A stretch of DNA of 64,000 nt from Iphione sp. A-MEVVRFRX5. Lineage: Eukaryota. The stretch lies in assembly GCA_976226885.1 (NCBI GenBank), contig OZ320318.1:41974001-42038000 (forward strand), given 5' to 3'. How positions within the stretch are numbered: position 1 is the first letter of the stretch; every line of letters starts with the position of its first letter. Shown in pieces: positions 39,641-52,902 of this stretch. Made by a program: the position numbers and the translations under genes. A model generated the notes under the pieces. It saw only the letters and a list, made by a program, of their open reading frames with translations, had not been told where the DNA came from and searched no databases.

Positions 39641-40699
39641 GTATGGGAAGCTCAGCGGCACCGCCTCCCATACCCTACAGTATTTTGGATCTTTCTAAAC
39701 GTCATCTTGATCAGCGTGGTCATCACCATCATTGTCGTCATCAACATAGTCAGCATCATTGTCATGATCTTTTTCACTATGATTGCTGTTATGATATGTT
39801 GTCAAATACCTGTTCGGAATATTGTCTTCCCTATCAAATCAGTTCCAGGAATTATCTCAACACCAATGCCGTGTTCAAGAAGTTTTAGGACAGACACAGA
39901 AAGCTCTATTCCTAAAGATCAGAATTTATTTGAATTCTTCTTCAGTTGCACCAAAACTTGTCAACCAACCAATTTGTTACCATCTGTATGTGCACCTACC
40001 ACAGGTGCCCGATGACGTATAAATTATCAGGTCAAATGCAACATTTACAATGTTTTTTTTCTTAGTTACACTTAAAAACAGCAATTTCTTCCGATGATAT
40101 ACCATTATCTATTCACATGCTATTCACGCTAAGTGAATTTACACAGATTTTATTTCCTACCTAAATGGATGTTGTATTGATAGAGGTTCAATATAATACA
40201 TTAATACGGTGTTTCCCCAGAGCTTGATCATCCACTGAAGCATTGCTTGGCTACCGCACAGGAATGTGTGTAAGCACTACACTACTTAGGGTTAAATCTG
40301 AAAGCTGCTTCATCAGTTCCTCTTGTCAGATCTTAATGATTATGTGGAAATGTTCACTTTTGGTGCTATTCCTGCAGCGTTCTGCCGAAACCACTCAGTC
40401 ATCTTTTATAATTTCCTGTAACAAAAATAGTTTTCCAGCCCGTATATATATATGGATTTGACACCTTTTCAAAGAAAGAGCTAGTCCACTGGTTATGGTA
40501 TGCATACTAAGACGAACATCGTCCTTAATGTCATACAAATGTTTTAATTGACTCATCACCGTACCGTCAAATAGCCACACCGTCCTGTCATATGACACGA
40601 TAGTCATACTTTTACTACGTTCATGTATTGAATTGCATTGAATTGAATGAATTTTTATTGTCACAATGAGATCTCCACACAGAGCTCTTCCGAAGTGGA

Positions 40700-42260
40700 C
40701 ACTAGGGGCCTAAAACTAGTACATCAATACAAGTTGTTTTCTTACATTTTGTCATCAGTCTTTCGCAATTTTTTCGAGAATTCTTTCATTGATTGGCAAA
40801 ACCTTACAGCTGGTGGTAACTGATTCCACCACAGTGCTCCTATAAGAGCGAATTTCTTATAACTCCTTTTTTAGATTTGTAAAGGGCAATTATGCACACC
40901 GTGCCAGACCTTGTTTTTGATTTTGCACTTTGCTCAATTCTGTTTGTAAGGACTAAATAATGCAGCATATGGAAAGTACCTTTCCTTATTCGATCACTGA
41001 GACCGTCTATGTCATTAATTAACAAGGGGTCCTGCTTGTTGCCATACACCTTTTTGCAGATCATCAACCTTGCGCATTTGTAGTAGGTCTTTTGCAATTT
41101 ACTAAGGAATTGTTTTTTTAATAACACACAGTATAGGAGCTACATAATCTATCAATGGATAGATGTACAGATTGAATAAGTTCACTCTCAACTCTTTATG
41201 GATGTAATCCTAGAACTTCCCTGTTATATGCGGTACACCACATTTTACAGATAGTGTTATTTACAGATTCTTTCCAAGTCAGATTCTCATTTATTGTATA
41301 CACTAGTATTTTGAGAGCCTTAGTACCGTTCAGGATATGTCCCTTGCAGCTTACTTCATTAAGGCAGACGTCTTTATTCCGTAATATACAAAAAGTACTT
41401 TCCTCATGACTTAACAATAAACAGCTATCTTCACACCAGCATATGATGTATGCATATATGTTTATGAGATTGTTTAATTCTCCTATAGTATTCCCAGTGA
41501 CAAAAAACATAATATCATCCACATATAAGGTTCTGCTAGAATCGGACGGTATATTTTTACATATGTTGTTGATGCTCATTGCAAACCCAAGAGGGCCTAT
41601 GGTACTGCCTTGTGGTGTTACATTGGGTTGCAGCTTGATTTGTGATTTTGTTCCATTAACATAAACATATTGTTTACGGTGTGTGAAGTAGTCTTTAGTT
41701 AGCAAAATAATATTACTACCTGCTCCTTCTGCCTCAAGTGTTTTGATGATGATCTTCCTGTCTTATAGATCAAACGCTTTAGTAAGATCAAACACAGCTA
41801 CAGCTACAATTTTTCCAAATTTTATACCATTCAGGATGTTTTGTATAATTTGACTAATGGCTACCTTTTTAAATACAGGGACCACTTGTGATTTTTTTCC
41901 AGTCAGCAATGTATCTGCCTTCTGCTAACATATCATTGAAAAGACAGGTAATATCTGTGTTAAGTACAGATAGTGCATCTCTGAGATATCGAGCATTGAG
42001 GCCCTCAATATTTGATGCCTTTATCAGGTTGATGCTACTTACAGTCTTGGCCACCTCCTTCTCAGTGAACGGCACAATCCAAAATTAATATCGTTAGTTT
42101 CACATCTCGATCTGCTCAGCAGTTTTTTCACCATTGATTGTGTTAAGTCTTTAATGGTGGTAGTAAAGTAGCAATTGAATGCATCAGGAACTGCTAATTT
42201 TGGTAGGTCTACATTATTTTCTTGAATGGATGCTATGCCTGAATTCTTATTATACTGTTT
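40700..42260 (-). mobile_element. Degenerate CR1/L2-type LINE ORF2
   Basis: FTEKEVAKTV..KASNIEGL..FNDMLAEGRY, DYFTHRKQYV, TPQGSTIGPLGF, LYVDD. Confidence 0.85.
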
Positions 42261-42724
42261 GAATTAACCATTGTACACTACAATATTCAAAATGAAAGGT
42301 TTTCAGTCATAGTGTCAGTGTACTGCCTTTTCTCAAAAACTTTCAAAATAAATATAGATACGTGACCATGTCCTCAATGGATAGATATTCATACATTTAC
42401 CTAACGATGTAATGAAATGTGACAATTTTAATTCTAACATTGTCATATCTAAGTGACAATGTAACTTAAATGTCATCTGCACGGATTGGCTATGCAAGTC
42501 ACATGACAAAATGGTACAGCATCATTGGCTGGAGAAGGCTTCTGAATGACTGTTTTGAATTTGAATTTGTTTATTGATCAACATCTCCATTGCGGTACAA
42601 ACAGAGCTTTCCAAAAGAGTAAAAAGAAAAAATGACAATATAAGAAACATAATTTAGAGTAAGTAAGACTTAAGACTAAGGAACAAAAGACGAACAACCA
42701 TTGTTGTAAATTAAAATCATCTCT

Positions 42725-43710
42725 GGATCAAACAGGCCAGACAGGCACTGACTGGTGAAAAATATATTTATCGTGCCATCTCAATATAAATAAGGATTTA
42801 TCACACGACTGAAGAGATGCATATACTGGTGCTACCACAGCCGATAATCACATTGTCTTTGGTCAGTATCCCAATATGTACAGGTATGTGCAGGATATAG
42901 ATTGATACAACACACAGCACCATACAGGGAGCAACAGGTGTAGTTAAGGAGAACTGTGACCATCTCACAAACTGTTTATTGTACCTTTCCTTCATTGTGG
43001 TGATGCGGATATTATATCTCTAGGTATGTATGTGATTTAATGTCTGGGTCAAACAGGCCACAATGATAGAATATACAGACTGGTGAACAAACTCTGCCAG
43101 TATCATATCACTTAGATGTAAATGAGAAATTGTTGCACTAAGACGACGCATATCTTAGGAGCTATCACAGCCCCAAATCACATTGTGTTAGGTCATTATC
43201 ACAATATATACAGCCGTGTGCAGGCTTACCTGAGTGAGGAAATAAATCGATATATCACACACCGCCATATAGGAAGCAACAGGTGTAGTTGAGGGAGAAA
43301 TGCAGCCCAGTCACCAGCAGTACATTCTACCTTTCCATCGTTGTGTTGATGTGGATATTACATATCTGGGTATAACTGAGATATGACATCTAAATCAAAC
43401 CAGTCACCTTGATAGGGCATACTGACTGGTGACCAACTGATTTTGTAGCATGACACCTACATTTAAATAAGAAATTATTACACGACTAAACACACTCATA
43501 TCTTAGGAGCTATCACAACCCCAAATCATGCTGTCCTTGGTCGTTATCATGATCTATACAAGCGTCTGCAAGTTTACTGGGGATAGGAAACAGATTGACA
43601 CAACGCTCAGGACCATACAGGGAGCAACAGATGTAGGTATAGAAGAACTGTATCCCAGTCACCAGCAATATATTGTACCTTTTCTTTGTTGTGGTGATGC
43701 GGATATTATG
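42725..43710. repeat. Three diverged tandem copies of a ~320-345-bp unit
   Basis: Anchors tcaaac(a/c)(g/a)g(c/t)c near 42725, 43046 and 43392. Shared motifs gagc(t/a)..cacagcc, agcaacag(g/a)tgtag and tg(c/t)ggatatta. Confidence 0.75.
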
Positions 43711-43893
43711 TATAACCATGCCCTATGTTTTGGGTACGTGTTAGAATATTCTATACATCACATTATAGCACAAGGGCATGTACAAGACCCCACACCTGGG
43801 ATCGTGTAGCACCATTGTTGACAGTACCATAACAACTGTAAACACTTATCGTGACCATAAAAACTATTGTCCTCTCATGTGGCAATGTGTTAA

Positions 43894-44520
43894 CCCATTC
43901 CCTAAGGATATACTGCCACAGGACAGCTTGTATTCTTAAGGATACACTGATCCAGGATGGTATGTATCCTTAAGGATACATGCATGCATTCAAGGCTAAC
44001 CATATGGCATGACAACAGAGTAGTTCATGTTTTGTCAACAATGCATGGTACAGATGTTTCTCCAGTCCCCAGATCAGCTAAAGACCCAAAAGCTGGTAAA
44101 TATTTCATACAACAAATTGATTGTCCCAAGTCTGTCTTCATTAAATGAACTCTCAAAATGTGCTGGAGACTACTTGTGGTAGTAAAATAATTCACTTATA
44201 ATCTATGATCGTCTCCAATACAAGAAAAGCACAATGATCAAATTCACTATGTATCTCATCTGTTCCCTCCTGTCTGAAATTGGTAGCAATGAAGCAGGGA
44301 CACCTTCAAGGCCTATCCAAAGAAAAAAAGAAGTGATGTTTTTAGGCTAAAAAGCACGTGCATGCCAGGTGAAATGCACAATGAAAAACAAGATGTAAGC
44401 TGTGTTATGCTCAAAATGGCTGGAATATGTGAAAAAGTAAAACAAACCAAATTTGGGTGTCCCAGTTCTGTCCAGAAATCTGTGCATACCATACTGCTTT
44501 ACAATGTATCACACAATTGA
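43894..44520 (+). mobile_element. piggyBac transposon remnant (left end plus transposase C-terminus and Cys-rich domain)
   Basis: TTAA|CCC at 43890-96; WHDNRVVHVLSTMHG...IDCPKSV; downstream C..C / KFGC..C..LC..CF.MYH fragments with stops and frameshifts. The right TIR was not found. Confidence 0.75.
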
Positions 44521-45130
44521 GGATTATCCCTGTGAAAGTATTGAGTGCTAAATGACAAAACTCACCTCACATTGAATAAAATGTTTTTCTTAGCAAATAT
44601 ATCTTTATGTGATTGTTTCCCATGCAACATATACACCATAAACAAGTTCAACACAATAGGTGCCGTCCTTAACTCAAGTAGAAAACACCAGGTGGCCATC
44701 CTGAAATGATTAATTAGAAGGGACTGTTAGTAGCTGTATCAAGCAATGAATCTCTTTGTTTCATATTAAGGGCAAACCGAAATGGCAGCCTGGTAGTTTT
44801 GAAATTATTATTTTTCGTAATAATGTGGTCGAATCTCTCTTAAAATAAGAATTAGATCTATATGGGGGCTTTGGACGTATGGTGGAGTCTAAAGTAGTAA
44901 CGAATAAGAAAAATATGCAGATAGTGCTGATAGATGATTTATTGATTCTGCTGATGTTTGACGATCGCCAACATGTATATTACAATGAAGCACCATTGAT
45001 TATTGTGTACTATAAAAGACGAGCAGGAGAGGAGCGGAAATCTCACTGTCTTTTTGACACACACGCACGTGCCAAACTATTACATTGAGCAGGTGGATGA
45101 CTGAGGGAGCTATCATCAGGCTCCTTGAAT

Positions 45131-45169
45131 ATGATTCACAGCGCGAACTACTACCCGAACAGTGACACG
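45131..45169 (+). CDS. Gene B first coding exon (MIHSANYYPNSDT)
   Basis: In-frame TGA upstream at 45098; donor ACG|gtaagg, phase 0. Confidence 0.45.
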
Positions 45170-45825
45170 GTAAGGTCGGAACTGAAGGCCAGAAAGGCAG
45201 ATAGAGAGCAAGATAGAAGTGGAGGCAGACAAAAGCAGAGGTAGAAGGCGAGTGATAGATAAGTAGATTACGAGAGAAAGGGAGGGAGGGGGACAAGGGG
45301 GGGGGGTAGATAAAGGCATGACTGAGCAGGGGAAGGAAATAAGACAGATGGGAAGAAAGAAAATGAGATGTATGAAGAAAGATAGACAAAAGGCAACATA
45401 CCTTACTTAACCAACTTTCAATGGCTAGCGTCAATAGGAAGTAAGCCACCCTTTTCTGCATAGGGGGGAGCTGCAGTCAGTGTTTAAAAAAAGGGTTAGG
45501 AGGGTAAAATTGCTGCCACTTAGCTTGATCTCCCGTAGGGAATTAAACTCACCATACGTCTGTAAATATCAGGTTTCAACCCTCATTGGCATGCACGAAC
45601 TAACACACAACATGAGCCATTTTCGAATTTTCCATCGAATTTCAATTTCGATTTTTTTTTCGATTCAGCAGTATATACTGTGTTCTTACAGTGAATACGA
45701 AAAGTTGAAGAAAAATAAACACATCTATATCAATATTCATATAACAACAAATTGAATGTGCATATATTAGCGTCATCTCTGCTACTCTGTCAGAATGTTT
45801 CTCTCATGACATACACCTTTTTCAG

Positions 45826-45865
45826 GAAACTCGGTTTGCCGACAAGACTAGACCCCCACCAGAAT
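45826..45865 (+). CDS. Gene B exon 2 (ETRFADKTRPPPE)
   Basis: cctttttcag|...T|gtaagt, phase 0-1. It bridges exon 1 and the phase-1 exon at 47190. Confidence 0.55.
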
Positions 45866-46741
45866 GTAAGTATAAGATTCTAGTTTCCGTAAATTATTTT
45901 GGTTGTTGAGTCCTGATAATTCTACCGGCTTGGGATGAGTCTGCACCATACAGCATGCACATAGCAGATGTCTAACTACGCGGATTACGTGCTAAAAATG
46001 AACAATATGTAGTACTGGCTCCTTTTTCTGTTGATTGATACTTCTCCTTTAATCAAATACTCTTAATTTCTTATTCATAAGCGGTTACTGTCCAATTTTA
46101 ACTTGGCGTTTCGTTTATTAGTAACCCTCATGTGACGTATCAAATTGTTACTTCCAATAGCTACACAAGCAGCGCTCATTGTTTTGTGACATTGGTTTTT
46201 ATGGACAACTAGTTGCGTATACATACACACTGTCTGTCTCTGTTTATCTGACTGTGTGTCTGTCTGTCTCTGTCTCTGTAGTGGTTAACAACAAATAAGC
46301 ATGGGGATACACGAGGTTCCACAGAATTAAAAGTAGGGAGACCTCCTTTCCTTAGCAGAAACTACTTTCGGGCAACGTTTTATCTATGTAGTATACAAAA
46401 TTGTTAGGAAAAATAGGTGTTGATGATCTTGGTCAAAATTATCACAACAGCGACAACAACATTCTATCCACACTGAAAAAGAGACCTCTGGTCATCAGGT
46501 AAACCTTTAGTGGAAACCCTCCAAATGCATCTACAAACGAACCCTCTTTGCAATGTACTTTCCATCGATTTATCAACAGGCCTGAGGTTATCCAACTCAA
46601 CAGCACCTGGACGGAAGAGTTCATGTCAAATAATTCTAAGTAACTGTTATGCTACACTTTGTCCATTCCCAGACGGATCCAAGCAACAGTATATATTATC
46701 GTTAATATTTCTTATAGAATCATATTAAGCAGAAATCCTTA

Positions 46742-47094
46742 GCCCCCCCCCCAAAAAAAAATAGGTGTGTTTCTGGTAACGACTAACCAAAGACCTAGGT
46801 AGGGAGGGGGGTACCCTTTGTTTTAGATTTTGTTCCAGTCTCTTCCTGTGGCTTTCAATAATGATAAAGACAATATCAAGAAATTTGACCAATCTGTATG
46901 AGCTTTACAGTTTTTGGTGAATTTCCATGGATTTTATTGTTTTTTGACTGAATTTACTAAAAATATGTGTCATGAAAACATATATCTAGGGAAATTCAGC
47001 CTTGAAAACTCTTTGGGGCCAAACATTTTTTAGGTAGGGTGAGGTTTTACTAAGTAGGGGTGGGTTACCAGAAACACACCTATTTGTTTTGGCC
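46742..47094. mobile_element. Harbinger/Tourist-like MITE in a gene B intron
   Basis: TTA on both flanks (46739-41, 47095-97); inverted aaataggtgtgtttctggtaac / gttaccagaaacacacctattt. Confidence 0.75.
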
Positions 47095-47189
47095 TTATTG
47101 TGGCAGCCCTTCAGAGAAGGTGACGTACCCTTTTGCGAGAATTCAGACATAACGAACACCTATGTGCCACTTTTTAACATTGCTTTCAG

Positions 47190-47384
47190 ATCGTGACAGC
47201 GGTTACTTCAGTTCTCCTCCCCTCTCACCAGCGTATGATTACAAGGGTGCTGACGAACAGGATAGTAAAAGGAGCTCTACTAACAGGACCAAATGTGAAA
47301 TGAGTGAAACCGACAGTGGATTACCTGTGAACATGGAGAAAAGGGAGAGTCTCTTGAAAATAACCTTCCCAAATCGGGTCCAAC
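47190..47384 (+). CDS. Gene B exon 3, Ser-rich N-terminal region (RDSGYFSSPPLSP...)
   Basis: ttgctttcag|AT...CAAC|gtatgt; phase 1-1, 195 nt. Confidence 0.7.
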
Positions 47385-47691
47385 GTATGTCATACTAGTA
47401 GCTGCTATTCTCACACTTTTCGATATAGGGTAGTTGATGGAGAGTGGTCGATATAAACAAGAAAGACAGTAATTAGTTAAGATTCGGAGAAACATACAGC
47501 GCTGAAAATCAAAAGTGAATTATTTCAAAGGTGTTTTTGAGTAATGTTCTACTCTCCGATATAGATAAAGTATTCGACACTGACTATAGAGACAGACGGC
47601 ACGTGGGCTGATGTTTATTCTATTATACTTTTTGTTATTTAAGGATTTAATAGTTCAGAGAAAAACGTAGATGAAACCGACCAAATCCTAG

Positions 47692-47817
47692 ATATGGCAA
47701 CCTTCACTGGGAGCTTTACTCACGAGGAAGGGGGAATCCTGAGAAAACCCGGTTCTGATGTCATACTGCGGATTCCACCTGGAGCTGTCCCAGCGGGAAA
47801 GACCTACACAATTCATG
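47692..47817 (+). CDS. Gene B exon 4: ZU5 domain, first half
   Basis: TFTGSFTHEEGGILRKPGSDVILRIPPGAVPAG matches the ZU5 pattern GG.L.....V.L.IP.GA; phase 1-1. Confidence 0.85.
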
Positions 47818-49573
47818 GTGGGTAGATTAGCCGCCACATACACGTACACATACATATATATAATACATGAACGTGTGTATTTTGATACAGGTTTTAGTAC
47901 TGAAAAACGTCCTGATAAAATTCTCTTTCCAAGTAGTATAAGTAGCTGTCTTCCGTAATTACGGACCAAAAGGGGCTTCCCGTGCGTACGATGAATCTCC
48001 ATTGTTTGGTTCCTGGGTTTAATTCAACCCAACATTTTCCAACCACAAATTTCTAATGAATCACCACGTATGTGTTAACCAGCTGGTACCACAGACCACA
48101 ATGGTTGGAGGGGGGGGGGTTGTCGGAAATATAGAGAGGGACAGAGCGAAGAGCAGAACAGAGAGACAAACGAACAGAGACAGGTAGAGGGAATGAGAAA
48201 ATGTACATAATTATGTAGCATCCACTTCCACAAAGTTCCACAAGCTTTTGCAAAACCGAGAGTGCTACCCAGCTAAAAAAAAGGCACATCTAACGTTGCG
48301 TTTAGCTGCCTGCTGTGTTCGACGTATGTTGGTGGATAAAGATGAAAATCTCCGTGTTTGACAGTGAATTATAGTCAATAGTCCAGTCCCACAACATCAC
48401 CAGAAGCGATAGATTGCTGGAGTGATTAATTGTCAGATTCAGATTGATTTTTATATTATATCATCACTTTATTTGATCAAAAATCGTTATACGGCGAACG
48501 TCATGTTCGCAACAGAACTACACGCATCACAAATCAAGAGACTTATTTCATCGTCTTAATCATCGCCAAGGAGGATTTTGAGAGTGAAGTTCGTCGAGAT
48601 AAATAAATTCGTTTTTATTGAACGAATCATCCGCCAGTACTATATTGTAATGCTATATTATTATCACATTTTGCACTAGACAAATCAATGGAAAAATAAT
48701 CAATGGAAGATTATCAGTTGGATTACGTTACTTCTTATTTCATTACGTTTCGCACATGGTCGATGAAACATAATGAACTCAAAAGTGGCATTTGTATTTA
48801 GAATTATTACTCAGCATTTAAGCGGTACTGCATAAAGGCATGCTTACTAATTGCTAGTCTAAAACATAATGGTAAACACGCCGAAACAGCCCAATGGTTA
48901 AAGAAGGACTTCTATGTAGTGTGACCTGAAGTTAAATCAGTTTATCATGTAATAACCGAGTTGATTAATGGTTGGACACCTTGAGGACGTCGCATTAAAA
49001 GACGTCAACGTCGAAAGAAGACTTTATGATTCATTATGTAACCGTGTTTTAGTATCATTCTGGTTTTATTGGCCACACAGGGCCTAAATCTTAGTGTGGC
49101 TCAGGAGACCAACACAGCAATAAACAATCAAATCCCAGTGTGTAACACAATATATGTATATACTTTATATCGTTTTTAACAACGGGGAAGAAGATAGTGT
49201 AGATGCAGTATAACACCAGCAGCCGTGGTGCCATGGTCCTTCGACACAGTCAGCAAGCATGCATAGCAGCCTTAATACAATGTAGCACTATCACAGTAGG
49301 TTTCCTGGTGCCACAGGTATGAACTGTCTACACAATAATGAACAATATTTGTGAATCTACAAGTTATGACACTTGGTCAGCCTTTGTATACATGACTATA
49401 TACTTTGGAGATCTACGTAGAATTAATCTGTTGGTAGCATGAGACAACAGAATACAATGCAGTACGATGCATGAATGTATAATTGTATAGCTACTTTTCA
49501 CAAGTGGCACTTGCAGAATATCTGAGTGTGTAGAATGATAATTTGTGAGTTGGCAAACTCTGCAATAGCCCTT

Positions 49574-49864
49574 ATGCAGGATAATATATTTTAGAACAGA
49601 ACATAGTACTATCCTCAAGATATGACACATATACAAAATACATGTACCACAATGCATTAGCAATTTAGCCTAAGTCACAAAACATGAACAGTAAAGCATG
49701 TATGCAAGATAATATATGTATGCATGTATGCAGGATAATATATTTTAGAACAGAACATAGTACTATCCTCATGATATGACGCATATACAAAATACATGTA
49801 CCACAATGCATTAACAATTTATCCTAAGTCACAAAACATGAACAGTAAAGCATGTATGCAAGAT
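49574..49864. repeat. ~137-bp direct duplication (period 154 bp), intronic
   Basis: atgcaggataatatattttagaacag...catgtatgcaagata x2, with about 4 mismatches. Confidence 0.9.
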
Positions 49865-50021
49865 ATATCATACGCCATAGAAAATAAAGTGTGTATGGTA
49901 TACGACACCATGTATTTGTTACAGGATACAATACATACTAGAAGGTAAGGCACGGTGTATATATATTCTGAATGATAGTATGCTAACTATTACATATACC
50001 CTGCGTGCTTCTCACCCACAG

Positions 50022-50224
50022 GAAAGATCCACACTGACCTTAGCACCTACAACCAGTGGATGAAATCTCCTTATGAAATCATCATCGGTCCTGTACCCCA
50101 GTACTGGGTGGAAGGTGGAGGCACCTTTGAGAAACCTGTGGAAGTAGAGATTCCCCACTGTCTTACACCAGAAAAAGCCAAGGCCATCCGAGTACAATAC
50201 AGTCAGCAAGATGGCTGTTTCAAG
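50022..50224 (+). CDS. Gene B exon 5: ZU5 domain, second half
   Basis: IIIGPV...GGTFEKPVEVEIPHC (ZU5 signature F.KPV...IPHC); cccacag acceptor and AAG|gtaagt donor; phase 1-0. Confidence 0.9.
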
Positions 50225-50448
50225 GTAAGTAAACTCCTAAATATTGATGTAGGGTGTCTTGAAAAATCAAATCTGTACAAAATCTACATACAAAAAAGAA
50301 CTGTGTGTGTTGGGTGACATGGGAAGGAAAGATTATAACTTGAATATCCATCTCAGGGCAGCTCACCTTGACGATCCATAATTGCCCTCTTAGAGGAGTA
50401 ACCCTCACTAATAAGTCATACGGCGGAGCATGATTAATTTTTTTACAG

Positions 50449-50700
50449 GAGGTCTCCCACCAGGAGAAGCAAATCATTTCTTACGTCATCAAGGATCACG
50501 TAGTCGTGATCAGTTCGACCCATTTCACGCGCTTCATCTGTTCGGCGGAGGCAGGGGAGGAGGAAGAAATAACGGACGCCCTCCTCACGGTGGCAAGCTC
50601 TGTCACTGACATTCCTGGTCATAAACAAATCATAAAGATACGACTGATGCTGCATTCCAGATGTGCTGGACAGAATGACTTCGGTTCAGAGAGAAGCCAG
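50449..50700 (+). CDS. Gene B exon 6: post-ZU5 / UPA-like region
   Basis: ttttttacag|GAG...CAG|gttagt, 252 nt open. It contains VVISSTHFTRFIC, resembling the I...HF..F..C motif that follows ZU5. Confidence 0.8.
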
Positions 50701-51223
50701 GTTAGTGGGTCTTACCAGGTCCAGCGTACACCAAGGAAACTAAGAGATGATAGCAAAGGGTGTCCGCTGTGGTGAGATAATACCACTGGATCTCTAGATT
50801 AACTACTCAAATAATCTGAAGATGTAAAAATAGAAGGAATTGTTTGTAATTGACCAATTACTCAGGCAGCTATCTAACAGTTGTATTTCAAAGAAGCGTC
50901 ATCACGTAAGTGCAGAATTGCCTGCTTTCTTGTAACAATAGTATAACCGAAAATACGTTTGGTGATTTCTATAGTGGAAAAGTAAAATCTTACCACTTAT
51001 TTGAACCTCATCATACCTTCTTATAAGGTCAACCCCTGTAATGTACACTGTGACTTACTAAAACTGTCTCAGTAATTTAATTCTTCCTTATGATCAGTAT
51101 GAAATTTCTGTTAAACAATACTTCTGTGGGTAAACATCTGTGCGTATATGTTTACGATTCTAATTAGATAAAAGTTAGAAAGTCTTTAATTATATGTTTT
51201 ATCTTTCTCCTATTATCATAAAG

Positions 51224-51385
51224 TTTTATGACCCTGATATGGAGGAGATAAAAAGGATGAAGGTTGAACTGCCTGAGAGAGGTCCTTTACCTTATCCCAA
51301 AATAAACCTCGAGTTGGTTATCGATGACGACTGTGGCTGGACCAATCGTCTTATGAATGGCAGAGAACTCCATCCACTCATACAG
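51224..51385 (+). CDS. Gene B exon 7: UPA-like region
   Basis: tttctcctattatcataaag|TTT...CAG|gtcagt, 162 nt, phase 0-0. LELVIDDDCGWT resembles a UPA-type motif. Confidence 0.7.
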
Positions 51386-52902
51386 GTCAGTTGAGAACAT
51401 CACTTCAGAAGTGTAATGATGTTACATTGCATGGGAAGGGTCCACACACCTATGGTAGACTGTAAGGCCTGGTTTCCATGCACATGGGTTTTTTCTGCAC
51501 TGCATGTCAAGTCTGGAAAATGGCCCACTTTCCACACAAGCAAGGAGACCTGGTTTCTTTGTGTGTTGATTTTGGCCATAGAGGGAAAGAGAAAGAGAGA
51601 TAGATAAAGAGATGTAATGTATGAACATGTATTTATCTTTATCATGGAGGCTGAGGCATATTGGTCCAAATTGTGCAGTTTTTTTTACAGAAGTTGAGGC
51701 ATATTGGTTTAAATTGTGCAGACTTTTGTTGAGGCTGAGGCATATCAGTAGAAATTGTGCAATTTTTATGAAAATGATATGCAAATAATAAAATATTTGT
51801 CACGATCTATCATATGATAGACCATGTCCATCCAGTTGAAAACCTCCATCTCTCCATCCTACTCTTCATGTGGCTATCTGGAGTTCCGAAAACATGTTAA
51901 TTGACAGTCATTGTCGGTTTTTGGTCTGCAGAATAATTTCTCCCAGCATGGACTGTGTGCTGCAGGGAAATAATCCGGACATATGGAAACACCCTATTAC
52001 ATTCTCATAGTTGAATTTTTCCCATAGCAGGCAGTCTGTGCTGCGTGAAGAAAATCCGGATGCATGGAAACCGTTCCTTAGATGGCTCTCACAGCAGCAG
52101 CATGCAAAGGATACCTTGTATATAATAGTAAAACATCAACTAGTAAATTAGCTTCGATACTTGAATCATTCCCTTATAGATACCTCAGAAACACATATTA
52201 CAATTTTCATCGCTTTAATTGATTGTTTTTCTCTATTCAAAGGAAGTTAATACCTTATCAATCGGATATAAACTATTTCATCTGAATGTTCAGTTTAATG
52301 CAGAAAGCGTTCATGTGACCTACAGGTTCTTGTCGCAGTCAAAGAAATAAAACTCTTGCCAAAGAACATAATATCACTCCCGAATGTCCAGTTAGTGTAA
52401 AATGAATCGCTAATATTCCTGCAATATTTTATTGACGATCTGATATATTTCTATGGCTATATTTTACAAAAATATGTTTTGTTTACTCTAAATCCAATGG
52501 GTTAATCCTGATGTTAACTATCCAAAGAACAAGTTCCACAAGGTAACTTCTAGCTCTAGCTACAAAATAATAGGTGTTTCTATCTATAGGGGCCCCCTAT
52601 ACAATTTCCAGTGTATTTGAAGAATCCAGGGGCTTAAAGGTCATGAAATATATGTTTGCATAGTCTTTGTCATGGTGCCACAACCATTATCCTAGAATAG
52701 GGTGCATACACCCACTGCATATACACAATACACAAGGCTGTGGTGTCATGACCGTTATTATAGAATTGGGCTCACTCAGTACATATTATGCAATATGCAC
52801 TGTTGTAGTGCGATGACCTTTCTACACTTCTTTGTTGGACTCAGGTCTCTGAGGTCTGATGCATGGGGCTTGACAAATTGCAATCGGTATGTGGGGCTGG
52901 TA

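Noticed and set aside
39643-40022. His/Cys-rich and hydrophobic ORFs
   Set aside because: They are products of a degenerate (ATC)n low-complexity tract.
47688-48002. 104-aa minus-strand ORF (also 50443-50655, 54722-55372, 59290-59592)
   Set aside because: These are antisense shadows of ZU5/DD exons or the LINE ORF2.
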